The notes: generated from the letters alone by a model not told the origin. A DNA stretch of 64,000 nucleotides from Gemmatimonadota bacterium (GCA_038153405.1 JAYOYH010000020.1:1-64000), one strand, 5' to 3'; shown: positions 1 to 10,887, numbered from the stretch's first letter. Numbers and translations: made by a program.

Positions 1-198
1 AAAAAGCAGACCCGTGAAAACTGATCAATAAAATTTTACTGCGCGACAACTCTAACGAATAAGAATGGCCGCACCTATGAGTATAAAGATGGGAATCCCA
101 GGGGAATGTATTCTGTTCAAATATTTCCCTTTCACCGTAGGTCTTCAATGCAAAGGAGCGCGCACAATTAGAAAAATCAAACTGTCTCCATCGGCGCA

Positions 199-227
199 TT
201 GATAGAGAGGGCTTCCCTTGTTATACT
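199..227 (+). promoter_or_regulatory. Putative sigma70 promoter of the ABC importer operon
   Basis: TTGATA-N17-TATACT with extended -10 TG, about 37 nt upstream of ATG 265. Confidence 0.5.
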
Positions 228-264
228 ACCCTGCCAACGTTAAAGAACTGTTTTACCCAAGATA

Positions 265-2202
265 ATGCTCTATAGCCTACTTATCCTTATCACTTTTTCA
301 TTCCCACGTCTATCGGCTTCTCAACCGCAGGGCGATATCCCTCAAGCCGCTTGGCCTGAAAGTTGGTTCAGGGGCCCCCAAAAGGCTTCTGAAGTGGGGC
401 TATCTCAATTCCATCAATCCCCCATGCTCGACAGTCTTGTTGCTCGTGGCGAACTCCCTCCGGTGGATATGCGCCTTCCTGCCGATCCCATTGTCGTTGA
501 GCCGATTGACGGCATCGGGCAATACGGAGGCACAGCGCAGCTATTTCACGCCGGCGAACAACTGCTCAATGTGCCAGAAGGGCCGCTGCGTCCCGATCCA
601 CAGATGCGCCTCAACTTACCCAACTTTGCTGAGCTGGCGGTGTATAGCGATGATTCGCGCACGCTGACCATTACTTTGCGCAAGGGGCACAAGTGGTCAG
701 ACGGCCATCCCGCAACGGCCGATGATTTTGTTTTTTGGTTTGAACACGTCCTAATGGACAAACGCTTAACGCCGGTCGTCGAGCCGCGCTTTAAGGATGC
801 CCGCATTGAAAAACACGACGATTATTCCTTCAGTTATCACTTTCCCGATCCCAAGCCGCTTTTTGTAAAATACTTGGCGCACAGCGGCTGGCGCCTTTCC
901 ATTCCCGCACACTTTATGCGTCGATACCACCCTAGCTTTAGGGATGTTGATGAGCTAGAGCGCGAAGCGGCAGAACTCGGCCTGCAGGACTGGCGCACTT
1001 ATTTCCAAAGCGTCAATAACACCAACGATTTAATGGTGTTCCACCGCCCAGAGAAAACGGCCTACGTCGTAGTGAGTCGCACTTCCACGCGCACGCGCCT
1101 AAAACGCAATCCGTTTTATCCCAAGGTGGATCCACAGGGCAATCAACTGCCCTACATCGACTATATCGAAGTGCAGCGCGTCGATAGTCCGGAAATTATG
1201 ACGGCCAAAGCATCTACGGGGCAGGTCGATTTCGCTGGGCGCCAGTTCCAGACATCCGATATTCCCCTCTTTAAAAAGTTCGAACGGGAAAACGGCTACC
1301 AGACCTACCTTTGGCCGCGTCCCTACGGTTCCGATGTGGCGCTGATGATTAATATGACCCATCCCGACGAAAGCCTCAGAACCATATTTCAAGATGTGCG
1401 CTTTCGCCGCGCGCTTTCGCTTTCGATCAACCGCGATGAAATAAACCATATTGCCTACTATGGACACGGCGTGCCGCGCCAACTTACGGTCGTGCCCTCC
1501 AGTCGTTATTTCGAACCCCATTTTGCAAGCGCTTATGCGGATTTTGACCCACAAACGGCCAGCGCTCTGCTCGACGAGATGGGTATAGTCGACGCAGATG
1601 GCGATGGACGGCGCGACAAACCCGATGGCTCCCCGTTGGAAATAACCCTCGAATACAGCATTGGCGAAACACCCAAGCAAATAACCGTTGAATTAGTTAC
1701 TATGCACTGGCGCGAAGTCGGCCTTCACGTAAACAGTCGGCAGATAAGCGGTGCATTAAAAAATATTCGTTCGCGCGCAGGCGTTATGGATATGAGCCTG
1801 TGGCATGCCGATCGCAATGCCGACATACTCTTCCCCATCGAGCCCTTTTGGTATGTGCCTATGCACATCGGGCAGGAAATCACCCACTGGGCCGAGTGGT
1901 CGCGCTGGTACCACTCGGATGGAGCGCGCGGAATGGAGCCTCCAGACAACGTAAAGCAACTCATCGAGTGGTGGGAAATACTGCGCCGCACCAACGATAT
2001 GGATGAGCGCATCGGCGCGGGCAAAAAGATTTTACAAAGCCAGGCGGAAAATATCTGGGCCATTGGCATTATCGGCCTGGGGCCGCATCCCGTTATTGTT
2101 CGCAACCGATTAAAGAATGTTCCCCGCAACGGCTACTGGGGGTGGGATTCGCGCTGGTCCTGGCCCTATTATCCCGAAACGTGGTACCTGCAGCAGGACT
2201 GA
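265..2202 (+). CDS. ABC transporter substrate-binding protein, family 5 (peptide/oligosaccharide)
   Basis: Signal peptide; 'LPPVDMRLP..P', 'LRKGHKWSDGHPATADD', 'GNQLPYID', 'FRRALSLSINRDEI' typical of SBP_bac_5; heads a 5-gene ABC operon. Confidence 0.92.
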   Translation: MLYSLLILITFSFPRLSASQPQGDIPQAAWPESWFRGPQKASEVGLSQFHQSPMLDSLVARGELPPVDMRLPADPIVVEPIDGIGQYGGTAQLFHAGEQLLNVPEGPLRPDPQMRLNLPNFAELAVYSDDSRTLTITLRKGHKWSDGHPATADDFVFWFEHVLMDKRLTPVVEPRFKDARIEKHDDYSFSYHFPDPKPLFVKYLAHSGWRLSIPAHFMRRYHPSFRDVDELEREAAELGLQDWRTYFQSVNNTNDLMVFHRPEKTAYVVVSRTSTRTRLKRNPFYPKVDPQGNQLPYIDYIEVQRVDSPEIMTAKASTGQVDFAGRQFQTSDIPLFKKFERENGYQTYLWPRPYGSDVALMINMTHPDESLRTIFQDVRFRRALSLSINRDEINHIAYYGHGVPRQLTVVPSSRYFEPHFASAYADFDPQTASALLDEMGIVDADGDGRRDKPDGSPLEITLEYSIGETPKQITVELVTMHWREVGLHVNSRQISGALKNIRSRAGVMDMSLWHADRNADILFPIEPFWYVPMHIGQEITHWAEWSRWYHSDGARGMEPPDNVKQLIEWWEILRRTNDMDERIGAGKKILQSQAENIWAIGIIGLGPHPVIVRNRLKNVPRNGYWGWDSRWSWPYYPETWYLQQD

Positions 2203-2206
2203 GGCT

Positions 2207-3190
2207 ATGCTAAACTATATCGTTCGTCGCGTGCTCATAATGATTCCAACGATCGCCGTTATTTCCGTGTTGGTCTTTGTCATCATTCAACTGCCGCCCG
2301 GCGATATCATCACTTCGCGTCTACAGGAACTGCAGGCAGAAGGGCAAGAGGTCTCGGAGGAGCAGATCATCGCTCTGCGCGAGCGCTACAACCTGAACGA
2401 TCCTCTCCATGTCCAGTATTTAAAATGGGTCGGTGGACTGCTGCAGGGCGATATGGGATACTCTGTTATGTACGGCCAATCGGTCAACAATTTAATCTGG
2501 GAGCGCCTGGGCTATACGCTGCTAATTACCACCTCGGCGACCCTGCTTACCTGGCTCGTCGCCTTCCCCGTCGGCATCTACTCTGCACTGCGCCAATACT
2601 CTCCCATGGACTATGCCGCAACTATCGTAGCCTTTTTAGGAATGGCCACCCCCAACTTTCTTCTGGCTCTCGTGTTGATGTATGTAGGCTACGAGTGGTT
2701 TGGCATTGCGGTGGGTGGGCTGTTCTCGCCCGAGTACGCCGATGCGCCGTGGAGCATGGCCAAATTGGGCGATCTACTGGGACACCTTTGGATCCCCGCA
2801 CTCGTCATCGGCGTGGGCGGCATGGCCGGCCTCATGCGGATTATGCGCGCTAACCTGCTCGATGAGTTGGGAAAGCCCTATGTCACAACGGCTCTTGCCA
2901 AAGGACTCAGTCCAATCCGATTGGTGATAAAGTACCCGCTGCGCATTGCCATAAACCCCTTTATTAGCACCATCGGTTGGATGCTGCCAGGCCTTATCTC
3001 CGGTTCGGCCATTACCAGCGTCGTCTTGAGCTTGCCGACCACGGGCCCCTTGCTGCTTGAATCCCTGATGAACCAAGATATGTATCTGGCCGGTTCCTTT
3101 CTATTAATGCTCAGCATACTGACCGTAGTCGGCACCTTGCTGTCCGATATTTTGCTAGCCATTGCCGATCCGCGCATCCGCTATGAATAA
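2207..3190 (+). CDS. ABC transporter permease (DppB/OppB type)
   Basis: Start moved to MLNYIVRR; 'LPPGD', EAA-like loop 'YVTTALAKGL', C-terminal DPRIRY. Confidence 0.92.
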   Translation: MLNYIVRRVLIMIPTIAVISVLVFVIIQLPPGDIITSRLQELQAEGQEVSEEQIIALRERYNLNDPLHVQYLKWVGGLLQGDMGYSVMYGQSVNNLIWERLGYTLLITTSATLLTWLVAFPVGIYSALRQYSPMDYAATIVAFLGMATPNFLLALVLMYVGYEWFGIAVGGLFSPEYADAPWSMAKLGDLLGHLWIPALVIGVGGMAGLMRIMRANLLDELGKPYVTTALAKGLSPIRLVIKYPLRIAINPFISTIGWMLPGLISGSAITSVVLSLPTTGPLLLESLMNQDMYLAGSFLLMLSILTVVGTLLSDILLAIADPRIRYE

Positions 3191-4331
3191 CGCGCCATCG
3201 ACATACGAAACGGTGAACCCTCTGCAAGATCAGCCCGATCGCAGCGATGTAGCCATCGCCTCGCAGTGGCAGCTTATGTGGTGGCGCTTCCGCCGCCATC
3301 GCCTCGCTCTGCTGGGCGGTATTATTTTGTTGTTTCTTTATACCATAGCGATTTTCTGCGAGTTCATCTCGCCCTATACGCCCGAACAGCGCAACGCCCA
3401 ATATGTGCTATGCCCCCCACAAGAGATTCACTTTTTTGATAACGAGGGCCATTTCCACTGGCGCCCCTTTGTCTATGGACTAAAACAGGATCCCAGCGCC
3501 GGCGAGTGGGAGCGCACCTATATACAGGATTTTGAAGAGAAGCATTCGATATACTTTTTTGCTTCGGGGGCTCCCTATTCGATGTGGGGCCTATTCGATC
3601 TCAATTTACATCTCTTTAGCACGGGCGGCGCTGGACCGCTTTTCCTCTTTGGCACCGACGACGTCGGCCGCGACCTGTTTAGCCGGATTTTTTACGGTGC
3701 TCGCATATCGCTGACTATTGGCTTAATCGGCGTCGCTTTGACCTTCTTCATTGGTATTCTGCTCGGTGGGGTAGCCGGATATTATAGCGGCTGGGTCGAT
3801 ATTGTAGTTCAGCGTGCGATCGAAATCCTCATGGCCATTCCACAGCTGCCCCTGTGGATGGCCCTCTCGGCAGCCTTGCCGGCCTACTGGCCTCCGCTGC
3901 GCGTCTATTTCGGGGTGACGATCATCCTGTCGCTGATGGGCTGGACCGGCCTAGCGCGCGTTGTGCGCGGGCGTTTTCTTTCGATGCGAGATGAAGATTT
4001 TGTCGTGGCGGCCCGCCTGTCGGGCACCGGAGAAATTGCCATAATTTTCAAGCATCTCTTGCCGTCTTTTCTCAGTCATATCATCACGTCGGCGACGCTG
4101 GCGGTGCCCGGTATGATTTTAGGAGAAACCGCCCTCAGCTTTCTGGGCATTGGCCTGCGCGCTCCGGTCGTCAGTTGGGGCGTTCTGCTGCAAAAGGCGC
4201 AGAACTTTCAGGCTGTGGCCATGGCTCCCTGGCTATTATTGCCGGGCCTCTTTGTGGTTTTGGCGGTTTTGGCCTTTAACGTAGTCGGCGATGGCATGCG
4301 CGATGCGGCCGACCCGTATTCGAGCAGGTAA
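3183..4331 (+). CDS. ABC transporter permease (DppC/OppC type)
   Basis: 'FGTDDVGRDLFSRIFYGARISL', 'DFVVAARLSG', 'GDGMRDAADP'. Confidence 0.92.
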   Translation: MNNAPSTYETVNPLQDQPDRSDVAIASQWQLMWWRFRRHRLALLGGIILLFLYTIAIFCEFISPYTPEQRNAQYVLCPPQEIHFFDNEGHFHWRPFVYGLKQDPSAGEWERTYIQDFEEKHSIYFFASGAPYSMWGLFDLNLHLFSTGGAGPLFLFGTDDVGRDLFSRIFYGARISLTIGLIGVALTFFIGILLGGVAGYYSGWVDIVVQRAIEILMAIPQLPLWMALSAALPAYWPPLRVYFGVTIILSLMGWTGLARVVRGRFLSMRDEDFVVAARLSGTGEIAIIFKHLLPSFLSHIITSATLAVPGMILGETALSFLGIGLRAPVVSWGVLLQKAQNFQAVAMAPWLLLPGLFVVLAVLAFNVVGDGMRDAADPYSSR

Positions 4332-4334
4332 TAC

Positions 4335-5342
4335 ATGAGCGAACCTAAGGAAGATATCCTGCTCGACGTGCGCGACCTCAGCGTGCTGATCGAACGAGAT
4401 GAGGGCACCGTGCGCCCCCTAAATGGGGTGAGTTTTTGCGTGCGAGCGGGTCAATCAATTGGCATCGTCGGCGAAAGCGGCTGCGGTAAAACGATGACGT
4501 CAAACGCTCTACTGCGCATTCTACCAGCCGCCGCTAAGATCACCAGCGGTCAAATGCTCTACCGCCGCAAGCGGGATGGGAAGCAGGTAGACCTAGCGCA
4601 AATAGAGGCCAAGAGCGACGAAATGCGCGCCATTCGCGGCGGCGATATATCGATGATATTTCAGGAGCCGATGACGGCTTTTTCGCCCGTACACACCATC
4701 GGCAACCAAATTGGCGAAATGGTCCAATTACACTCCGATCTGCGCAAGGACAACGTGCGTAAACGAGCGGTCGAATTGCTCGACTTGGTCGGCATCCCCG
4801 ACCCCGATGTCCGCATTGACGACTATCCGTTCCAACTGTCGGGCGGCATGCGTCAGCGCGCCATGATTGCCATGGCCTTAGCGAGTGGTCCTCGGCTACT
4901 CATAGCCGATGAACCCACGACGGCTCTCGATGTGACGGTTCAGGCGCGCGTGCTCAAATTAATTGGCCGACTGCAACGGGAGTTTGGACTAGCGCTTATG
5001 CTAATAACCCACGATCTAGGCGTGATCGCCCACACCGTAGAATACGTCTACGTAATGTATTTGGGCCGGGTGGTCGAGGAGGGTCCCGTGGAACGCATCT
5101 TCGATGCGCCCGCCCATCCCTATACCGCCGCGCTGCTGCAGTCCATACCCAGCTTGACGCGTAAAACGGAGCGACTTCAACCCATTATTGGCAGCGTGCC
5201 CAGCGCGTATGCACAACCCAGCGGTTGCCCCTTTCACACTCGCTGCACCCAAAAAGTAGGCGAGCGCTGTCACCGGGAAATACCCGCGCACTCGCAGGTG
5301 GCTCCCCAGCACTTTGCCAGCTGCTTTATCCACCAGGACTAG
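4335..5342 (+). CDS. ABC transporter ATP-binding protein (DppD type)
   Basis: Walker [25 protein letters not shown]-terminal HPYT and GCPFHTRC. Confidence 0.95.
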   Translation: MSEPKEDILLDVRDLSVLIERDEGTVRPLNGVSFCVRAGQSIGIVGESGCGKTMTSNALLRILPAAAKITSGQMLYRRKRDGKQVDLAQIEAKSDEMRAIRGGDISMIFQEPMTAFSPVHTIGNQIGEMVQLHSDLRKDNVRKRAVELLDLVGIPDPDVRIDDYPFQLSGGMRQRAMIAMALASGPRLLIADEPTTALDVTVQARVLKLIGRLQREFGLALMLITHDLGVIAHTVEYVYVMYLGRVVEEGPVERIFDAPAHPYTAALLQSIPSLTRKTERLQPIIGSVPSAYAQPSGCPFHTRCTQKVGERCHREIPAHSQVAPQHFASCFIHQD

Positions 5343-5349
5343 CGCGAGC

Positions 5350-6384
5350 ATGAGCGATTTGGCCACCTCAGATACTGTTTTATTAGAGGTTCGAAACCTG
5401 AAAAAATACTTTCCCATCCGGCGCGGTCTCCTGCAGCGCCAGGTCGGTTGGGTCAAAGCGGTCGATGGCGTCAGCTTTGCCGTGCAAAAAGGCAAGATAC
5501 TCGGGTTGGTTGGAGAAAGCGGCTGCGGAAAGACCACGACCGGGCGCATGGTCTTGCGAGCATTGGATCCTACGGAAGGAGAGATTTCTCTGCGCCGGGC
5601 CAACGGGCAGGTTGTCGATATGGCTCGCCTCGATCGCCGGCAGATCAAAGAAGTGCGCCGCGAAGTGCAGATGATCTTCCAAGATCCCTACTCATCGCTC
5701 AACCCGCGCATGCCCGTGCTCGATTTAATTTCCGAACCGTTGAGAGCGTATGGCTGGTCCTCGGCGGCTTGTGAAGAGCGAGTCAAAGAGTTAATGGAGC
5801 GCGTTGGACTGGATCCGCGCTACATCCGACGCTATCCGCACGCCTTTTCGGGGGGACAACGCCAGCGCATAGGCATTGCACGGGCACTGGCGCTGAGTCC
5901 TTCGCTTATCGTGGCCGACGAACCGGTCTCAGCGCTGGACGTTTCCGTGCAGGCTCAAATTCTCAACCTATTGCAGGAACTGCAGTCCGATCTCAATCTA
6001 ACGCTGCTCTTTATAGCGCACGATTTGAGCGTTGTGCGCTATCTATGCGACGAAGTAGCCGTAATGTACAAGGGGAAACTCGTCGAACAGGCCGAAACGG
6101 AGGTGCTCTTTTCGCATCCGCGGCACCCGTATACGGCCATGTTGCTCAGCGCAGCCCCTGCTCCCGATCCGCATGCATCCTGGCAAGACTTGGACGACGA
6201 AGTCGACGAAGTGGCCGATGCTGAAACCGTGGAAGGCAGCGGTTGCTCCTTTGCCCCGCGCTGTGCCTATGCTTCGCAAAGGTGTCGCAGCGACGACCCG
6301 GCGCTGGTCGATAGCGGCGACGCCAACCATCCCCATCTGGTCAGCTGCTTTCACCAGGACGAGATTACCCTACAGGGCCTGTGA
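5350..6384 (+). CDS. ABC transporter ATP-binding protein (DppF type)
   Basis: [32 protein letters not shown]. Confidence 0.95.
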   Translation: MSDLATSDTVLLEVRNLKKYFPIRRGLLQRQVGWVKAVDGVSFAVQKGKILGLVGESGCGKTTTGRMVLRALDPTEGEISLRRANGQVVDMARLDRRQIKEVRREVQMIFQDPYSSLNPRMPVLDLISEPLRAYGWSSAACEERVKELMERVGLDPRYIRRYPHAFSGGQRQRIGIARALALSPSLIVADEPVSALDVSVQAQILNLLQELQSDLNLTLLFIAHDLSVVRYLCDEVAVMYKGKLVEQAETEVLFSHPRHPYTAMLLSAAPAPDPHASWQDLDDEVDEVADAETVEGSGCSFAPRCAYASQRCRSDDPALVDSGDANHPHLVSCFHQDEITLQGL

Positions 6385-6396
6385 AATGGGAGCGGG

Positions 6397-8181
6397 TCAA
6401 GACCGCCCGAATAGCTTGTCGAGATCGCGCTTGAGCACCTTGATTACCGTGGGTTTTCCGCGCGGACAGAAATAGGGCTCTTCGCATTCCATCAGCCGCT
6501 TGACGATGGACTGCATCTCGGATTCATCCAGTACAGCCCCTTCCTTTATTGCACTGTGGCGAGCGTAGGAAATGAGCAGTTTCTCGCGCAATTCGTCCGG
6601 TTGAACCGCCGTTGACTCGTCCATATCGGCCAGTATTTGACGCAGTGCTGAACCCTCGTTCCAGTTTTTCATTTCTCCGGGCACGCCGTCGACGACTACA
6701 GCATTTTCACCAAAGTCGCGCACATCAAACCCTACCTCCTGCAACAATTCGAGAAGATATAGCGCCAGCGCGTGCTCTTCTCGGCCAAGACGCAGAACAA
6801 TAGGAAACAAGAGTTGTTGAATTTCCCGTTTATCTCCGCGCTGCTTTTTCCGCGCCTCTTCATAGAGAATGCGTTCGTGGGCGGCCTGTTGGTCAACGAC
6901 GAGAAGAGAGTCGCGCAAAGGGCTTATCAGATAGCGTTTGTGCACTTGCCAAACATGTTCGGGGGCTTGTCGATCGCGCTCGGTTTGCTCGTCTCCCCCC
7001 CCTTGAAACATGAGCGTTCCCTGTTTAGCTACATCCTCGTCCTGCGCCCTATTTATGTGTTCTAAGGCATTTTCATGAAGCGATGGCTCCGCATCAAGAC
7101 CACCCCCCTGATCGCGCACTACTGTTTTGCCGACCGTATCTGTACTCGGGTTGAATTCAATGGGGCGCGCCGCGCTGAATACAAAAGGTTGCTCTTCGCC
7201 CATGCTGAGCGCTTCGCGAACCGAATCCTGAATAATGTCGACGACGGCGCGCTCGTTGGCGATGCGAATTTCTCGCTTGGCCGGATGCACATTGACATCG
7301 ATTTGGCGCGGATCCATTTCGAGCCAACATATGAAGGCCGGATGGTTTCCAGCGGGTAGGCGTTGGGCGTATCCTCGGTAGAGCGCCTCGTTCAGTGAGC
7401 GCGAATAGATCGGCCTTCCGCGCACGATTAAAAACTGCTTGGATTTTGTTTTTTGGCTTACATTGGGGCGGCCAATAGCCCCGTACAATTGTATACCCTC
7501 TCGCTGGCTATTGAGTTCGACCAAATCGCTGCGCACGATACCCAGCAAATCGACGGCGCGCTCCAAGCGCGTTGCTCCACTGAAGCGCAGTGCGCTGCGA
7601 TCCTGGTGCTCTAGCGAAAATTCAACTTCGGGATAGGCCGCCGCAAGCTGTATGATCGCCCCGTGTATATGCCGAGCTTCCGTATCGACGTGGCGCAGGA
7701 ATTTGCGCCGGGCCGGCGTATTAAAGAAAAGCTGCCGCACGGCAATGGTCGTCCCGATAGCCCGCCCTACTGCGTGAAATTCGCGTTCAACGCCCCCTTC
7801 GATGGCCAGTCGCGTTCCCTCGGTCTCTTCTTTGCGCCGAGTCTCGATGGTCATATACGATACGGCGCCAATACTTGCCAGCGCTTCGCCGCGAAACCCC
7901 AAAGTGCCGATATTGAACAAATCCGATGGACTGCTCATCTTGCTCGTTGCATGACGCAAATAACACATTTTTAGGTCGTCTCGACTCATGCCTTTGCCAT
8001 CGTCACTGACGGTTATGGCCTGTTTGCCCCCGGCCAACAGGCGCACGACGATGCTGCGCGCACCGGCATCGAGCGCATTCTCTACTAGCTCTTTTACAAC
8101 AGAAGCTGGGCGTTCTACTACCTCACCAGCCGCTATTTTGTTGATTATGTTGTCTGCTAATATCTTTATTTGCGTATTCAT
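6397..8181 (-). CDS. mutL: DNA mismatch repair protein MutL
   Basis: 'KIAAGEVVERPASVVKELVENALDAG', 'RHATSK', 'GFRGEALASI', 'DVNVHPAK', C-terminal DQxAAHERILYE. Confidence 0.97.
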   Translation of the reverse strand: MNTQIKILADNIINKIAAGEVVERPASVVKELVENALDAGARSIVVRLLAGGKQAITVSDDGKGMSRDDLKMCYLRHATSKMSSPSDLFNIGTLGFRGEALASIGAVSYMTIETRRKEETEGTRLAIEGGVEREFHAVGRAIGTTIAVRQLFFNTPARRKFLRHVDTEARHIHGAIIQLAAAYPEVEFSLEHQDRSALRFSGATRLERAVDLLGIVRSDLVELNSQREGIQLYGAIGRPNVSQKTKSKQFLIVRGRPIYSRSLNEALYRGYAQRLPAGNHPAFICWLEMDPRQIDVNVHPAKREIRIANERAVVDIIQDSVREALSMGEEQPFVFSAARPIEFNPSTDTVGKTVVRDQGGGLDAEPSLHENALEHINRAQDEDVAKQGTLMFQGGGDEQTERDRQAPEHVWQVHKRYLISPLRDSLLVVDQQAAHERILYEEARKKQRGDKREIQQLLFPIVLRLGREEHALALYLLELLQEVGFDVRDFGENAVVVDGVPGEMKNWNEGSALRQILADMDESTAVQPDELREKLLISYARHSAIKEGAVLDESEMQSIVKRLMECEEPYFCPRGKPTVIKVLKRDLDKLFGRS

Positions 8182-8204
8182 TTACATAATTTATATTATG
8201 TGAT

Positions 8205-8726
8205 TTACATGTAGGGCGTTAATTCGGCTAGGCGTTTTGAATATTCACTCTCGTCGATGGCACCGCAATCGTACGCGCTCTTTAGGTCTTCGATCTGTTT
8301 GCGGATAGACCCGTTGCGTCGATCCCTTTGCGCTTTAATAACGGCAAAGCTACAGCCTGCCACGAGAAGGCCAATCAATACCCATTCTCCTCGCATAGGG
8401 GCCCTCGCGCCTTCGGGACTAAATATTAGGATCCCTCGATCCGCCCAGATTTTTTCAAAAGTGCGAGTTGAATCACTGCGCACAAGCCTGACAGCATTTG
8501 TACGCATCCGCGCTCTTTCGGAGCGAATAGATACCGCTTCGGTCAGCAAAACGGATAGTTCCTCCGGCCCGGCGTGGACTTCTCCGACCAGTCCAGCCTC
8601 CTCCAGAGCGCGCAGCGTAGCCAAGGGAACGAGCGTTTCCTGCTGAGGAACCAAATTAATGGCGAGAATGCTCAGACTCATCAACCCCAAGAGTACGAGG
8701 GTAGCCTTCCACGTTTCCCCATTCAT
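8205..8726 (-). CDS. Hypothetical two-TM membrane protein with C-terminal SHOCT-like motif
   Basis: Two hydrophobic helices; C-terminal 'LKSAYDCGAIDESEYSKRLAEL'; overlaps the upstream gene by 4 nt. Confidence 0.6.
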   Translation of the reverse strand: MNGETWKATLVLLGLMSLSILAINLVPQQETLVPLATLRALEEAGLVGEVHAGPEELSVLLTEAVSIRSERARMRTNAVRLVRSDSTRTFEKIWADRGILIFSPEGARAPMRGEWVLIGLLVAGCSFAVIKAQRDRRNGSIRKQIEDLKSAYDCGAIDESEYSKRLAELTPYM

Positions 8727-9481
8727 AGCTTCTTTACTTCCCTGTAGGTCATTGCCCGTTCAAATCGACTCGCCTTTTCGACCCAATCGGCAATACGGTA
8801 TGTCGCAGCCACGTTGGACAGCGTTTCGACTTGCAAAATCCCTCCATCCTGAACGCCCCCATCCCAAACAACAGTTCCCGATCTGCCGTAGAAAGTCAAT
8901 TCGCATGGAACTTGGCTCTGTAGCGCGTGTAAAAAACAGTGCCCTTCTATACCGTTGGCCAATTTGAGGTAAACCATGGCACAATCGGCCCGTGCAGATA
9001 TTCCGTTAAAACTGCGCGTGCGAGCAAAGACTTCATCAATCGATTCCATATGCAGGCGCAGCCAATGCAGCGTTTCGAGAAGCACCTGATCGAGGGCAAG
9101 TGGGTCAGCTGCGCTGCAGCGCACTTCAAAATAGAGGACCCCGCCTATTTCTTCAAAGGCCTCTTTAAAGTTAACCGAAGGCGATACATACTCGTAATAG
9201 ACGCCGAAATGGTCGCTGCCCAGTTGCAGTTCCCGCAGAGCATTCCAAGAACAAATGGGGTGCGTGGCGCGGACCCTATATCCGTTTTCCAAGGCCTTAT
9301 GCATCCAATACCCTCGGTCTGGACACCGCAAAAAGATCAAATCGCCCGCAAAACGGGTATGAGAGGCACTGGAAGCGAGCTCACCTTCTAGTTTCTCAAT
9401 ACTCCACTGAGGGTAATTCAACTTGCTCCGACTCATGGCCGGAGACGAACCGACCACGATTGCCTTGTCCAACATCGCCAT
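8723..9481 (-). CDS. Divergent Gfo/Idh/MocA-like oxidoreductase fold protein
   Basis: C-terminal half ('DCAMVYLKLANGIEG', 'ELTFYGRSGTV') resembles GFO C-domain; Rossmann motif not recognisable. Confidence 0.45.
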   Translation of the reverse strand: MAMLDKAIVVGSSPAMSRSKLNYPQWSIEKLEGELASSASHTRFAGDLIFLRCPDRGYWMHKALENGYRVRATHPICSWNALRELQLGSDHFGVYYEYVSPSVNFKEAFEEIGGVLYFEVRCSAADPLALDQVLLETLHWLRLHMESIDEVFARTRSFNGISARADCAMVYLKLANGIEGHCFLHALQSQVPCELTFYGRSGTVVWDGGVQDGGILQVETLSNVAATYRIADWVEKASRFERAMTYREVKKL

Positions 9482-9573
9482 ACGCTATCGTCCCATTGAC
9501 GTTTTATCTCTTTAAGAGCACATTAATCTATAATCTTGTTTGTCCATTTTGATAACATATCACCACGGCCCCT

Positions 9574-9837
9574 ATGATTTGGTTACTCATCGTATTCAGC
9601 CTGATAGCGGTCACCAAGTATTTGACCTCGCTGCGCCTGCGCAACCTGCGCGACAAAATACAAAAAGATCAAAAAGACGCCACTGATTTGCGCCAGCTAT
9701 TTATTTCTGCTGTGGAAAAAGACGAAGTACTGGAAGCGGAGAGAGATAAGTTAATGAAAAAGTCCGTCGCTCTTCACACTGTAGTTAATAATATGAAAAA
9801 GCCCACCCCCCCGGGAGTTGCTGCCAAGGGCGAGTAA
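9574..9837 (+). CDS. Small membrane-anchored coiled-coil hypothetical protein
   Basis: N-terminal TM helix then charged heptad-like segment; fills the gap between genes; TATAAT upstream. Confidence 0.65.
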   Translation: MIWLLIVFSLIAVTKYLTSLRLRNLRDKIQKDQKDATDLRQLFISAVEKDEVLEAERDKLMKKSVALHTVVNNMKKPTPPGVAAKGE

Positions 9838-9882
9838 GATCAGTAGCGTGAGAAAATAAAAATAGCCCCAGCACTTACCCCC

Positions 9883-10887
9883 TTAGTGCGTATTCCAGCG
9901 TTCGAGTACATCCTCGCGTATCTCGCTGCGCAAAATGGGCTCTAAGCGCTTTCTTGCCACCTCTCGCACGCCCGCGTCTCGCTGAGCGGCAGACAGCGCA
10001 AAGAGCAATTGCTTGTCTGCTAGGGGGTGCTCTGCCACGCTTTTTTGAATTGCTATATCTGCGTCATCGGCCAATAGAGTTAGCGCATTGGGCTGCGTAT
10101 GGGGATGCTGAGCGACGGTTAATCGCACTAACGCATCGACATCCAACGCCAGTGAATCGAGGGTCGTAGCTGGCGTATTCACATTGCCGGCTACCGCTGC
10201 GCGAACGGCGGGTTCCACATCGCGGGCCAGCTCTTCGAGAAGCAATCCAGGCAAGTGATTATGAGCCGCCGCCGCGGAGCGGACTATGGCCAAACTATCG
10301 CGGGCCAATACGATGAGAGCGGCGCGGGGAACGTGCACATTTTCGGCCAATTTTTGCCGTATTATGGGATCGCGATCGGCCGCCAGTTTTTCGTATATGG
10401 GATTGGGCAGCGCGCTATTGCTAGCGAGGCTCATGCGGACAATCGGTTTTTTATCGTCGGCTAGGCGATCGGCAATGCGCTCCTTTAGTTGCTTTTGAAT
10501 GGGCGCATCCTGCAAGCTATAGGACAGAGATAGGGCAACGCCGCTGCGGACAATTTCCTCTTGGTCTTCAACCAGCTGCAACTGCACGTCCAATGGCACA
10601 TTGCGATTGGACGCGACGTAAAACCGCACGCCGCTGTCCTCATCCTCGGCCAGCAGGGCTAGCTCATCTGGGTTGCTAGTCGACTGCGCGCGTTTTTTCT
10701 GTTTTTCATCGACCACTTTTTCCGTGTACAGCAATTGGGCTATACCCCAGCGATCGAGTTTTTTTAAATGCTGGCGCAATTCTTCCTCAATGGAGGAACT
10801 GTCTTTGCTATAGCCTTGGCCCCAAGCGTTTGTCACGCAGCTTCCGAGCAAGACTGCAAGTATACATAAGCTTATTATTTTCAGCAT
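9883..10887 (-). CDS. Secreted leucine-rich-repeat variant (LRV/HEAT-like) repeat protein
   Basis: Signal peptide from MLKIISL; about 10 repeats of ~24 aa 'LAxDxxxxVRxxVAxNxxxP'; start uncertain (10887 or 10908). Confidence 0.8.
   Translation of the reverse strand: MLKIISLCILAVLLGSCVTNAWGQGYSKDSSSIEEELRQHLKKLDRWGIAQLLYTEKVVDEKQKKRAQSTSNPDELALLAEDEDSGVRFYVASNRNVPLDVQLQLVEDQEEIVRSGVALSLSYSLQDAPIQKQLKERIADRLADDKKPIVRMSLASNSALPNPIYEKLAADRDPIIRQKLAENVHVPRAALIVLARDSLAIVRSAAAAHNHLPGLLLEELARDVEPAVRAAVAGNVNTPATTLDSLALDVDALVRLTVAQHPHTQPNALTLLADDADIAIQKSVAEHPLADKQLLFALSAAQRDAGVREVARKRLEPILRSEIREDVLERWNTH

Noticed and set aside
1..199. Minus-strand frame open to the window edge
   Set aside because: Could be the 5' end of a divergent gene, but has no RBS or recognisable motif
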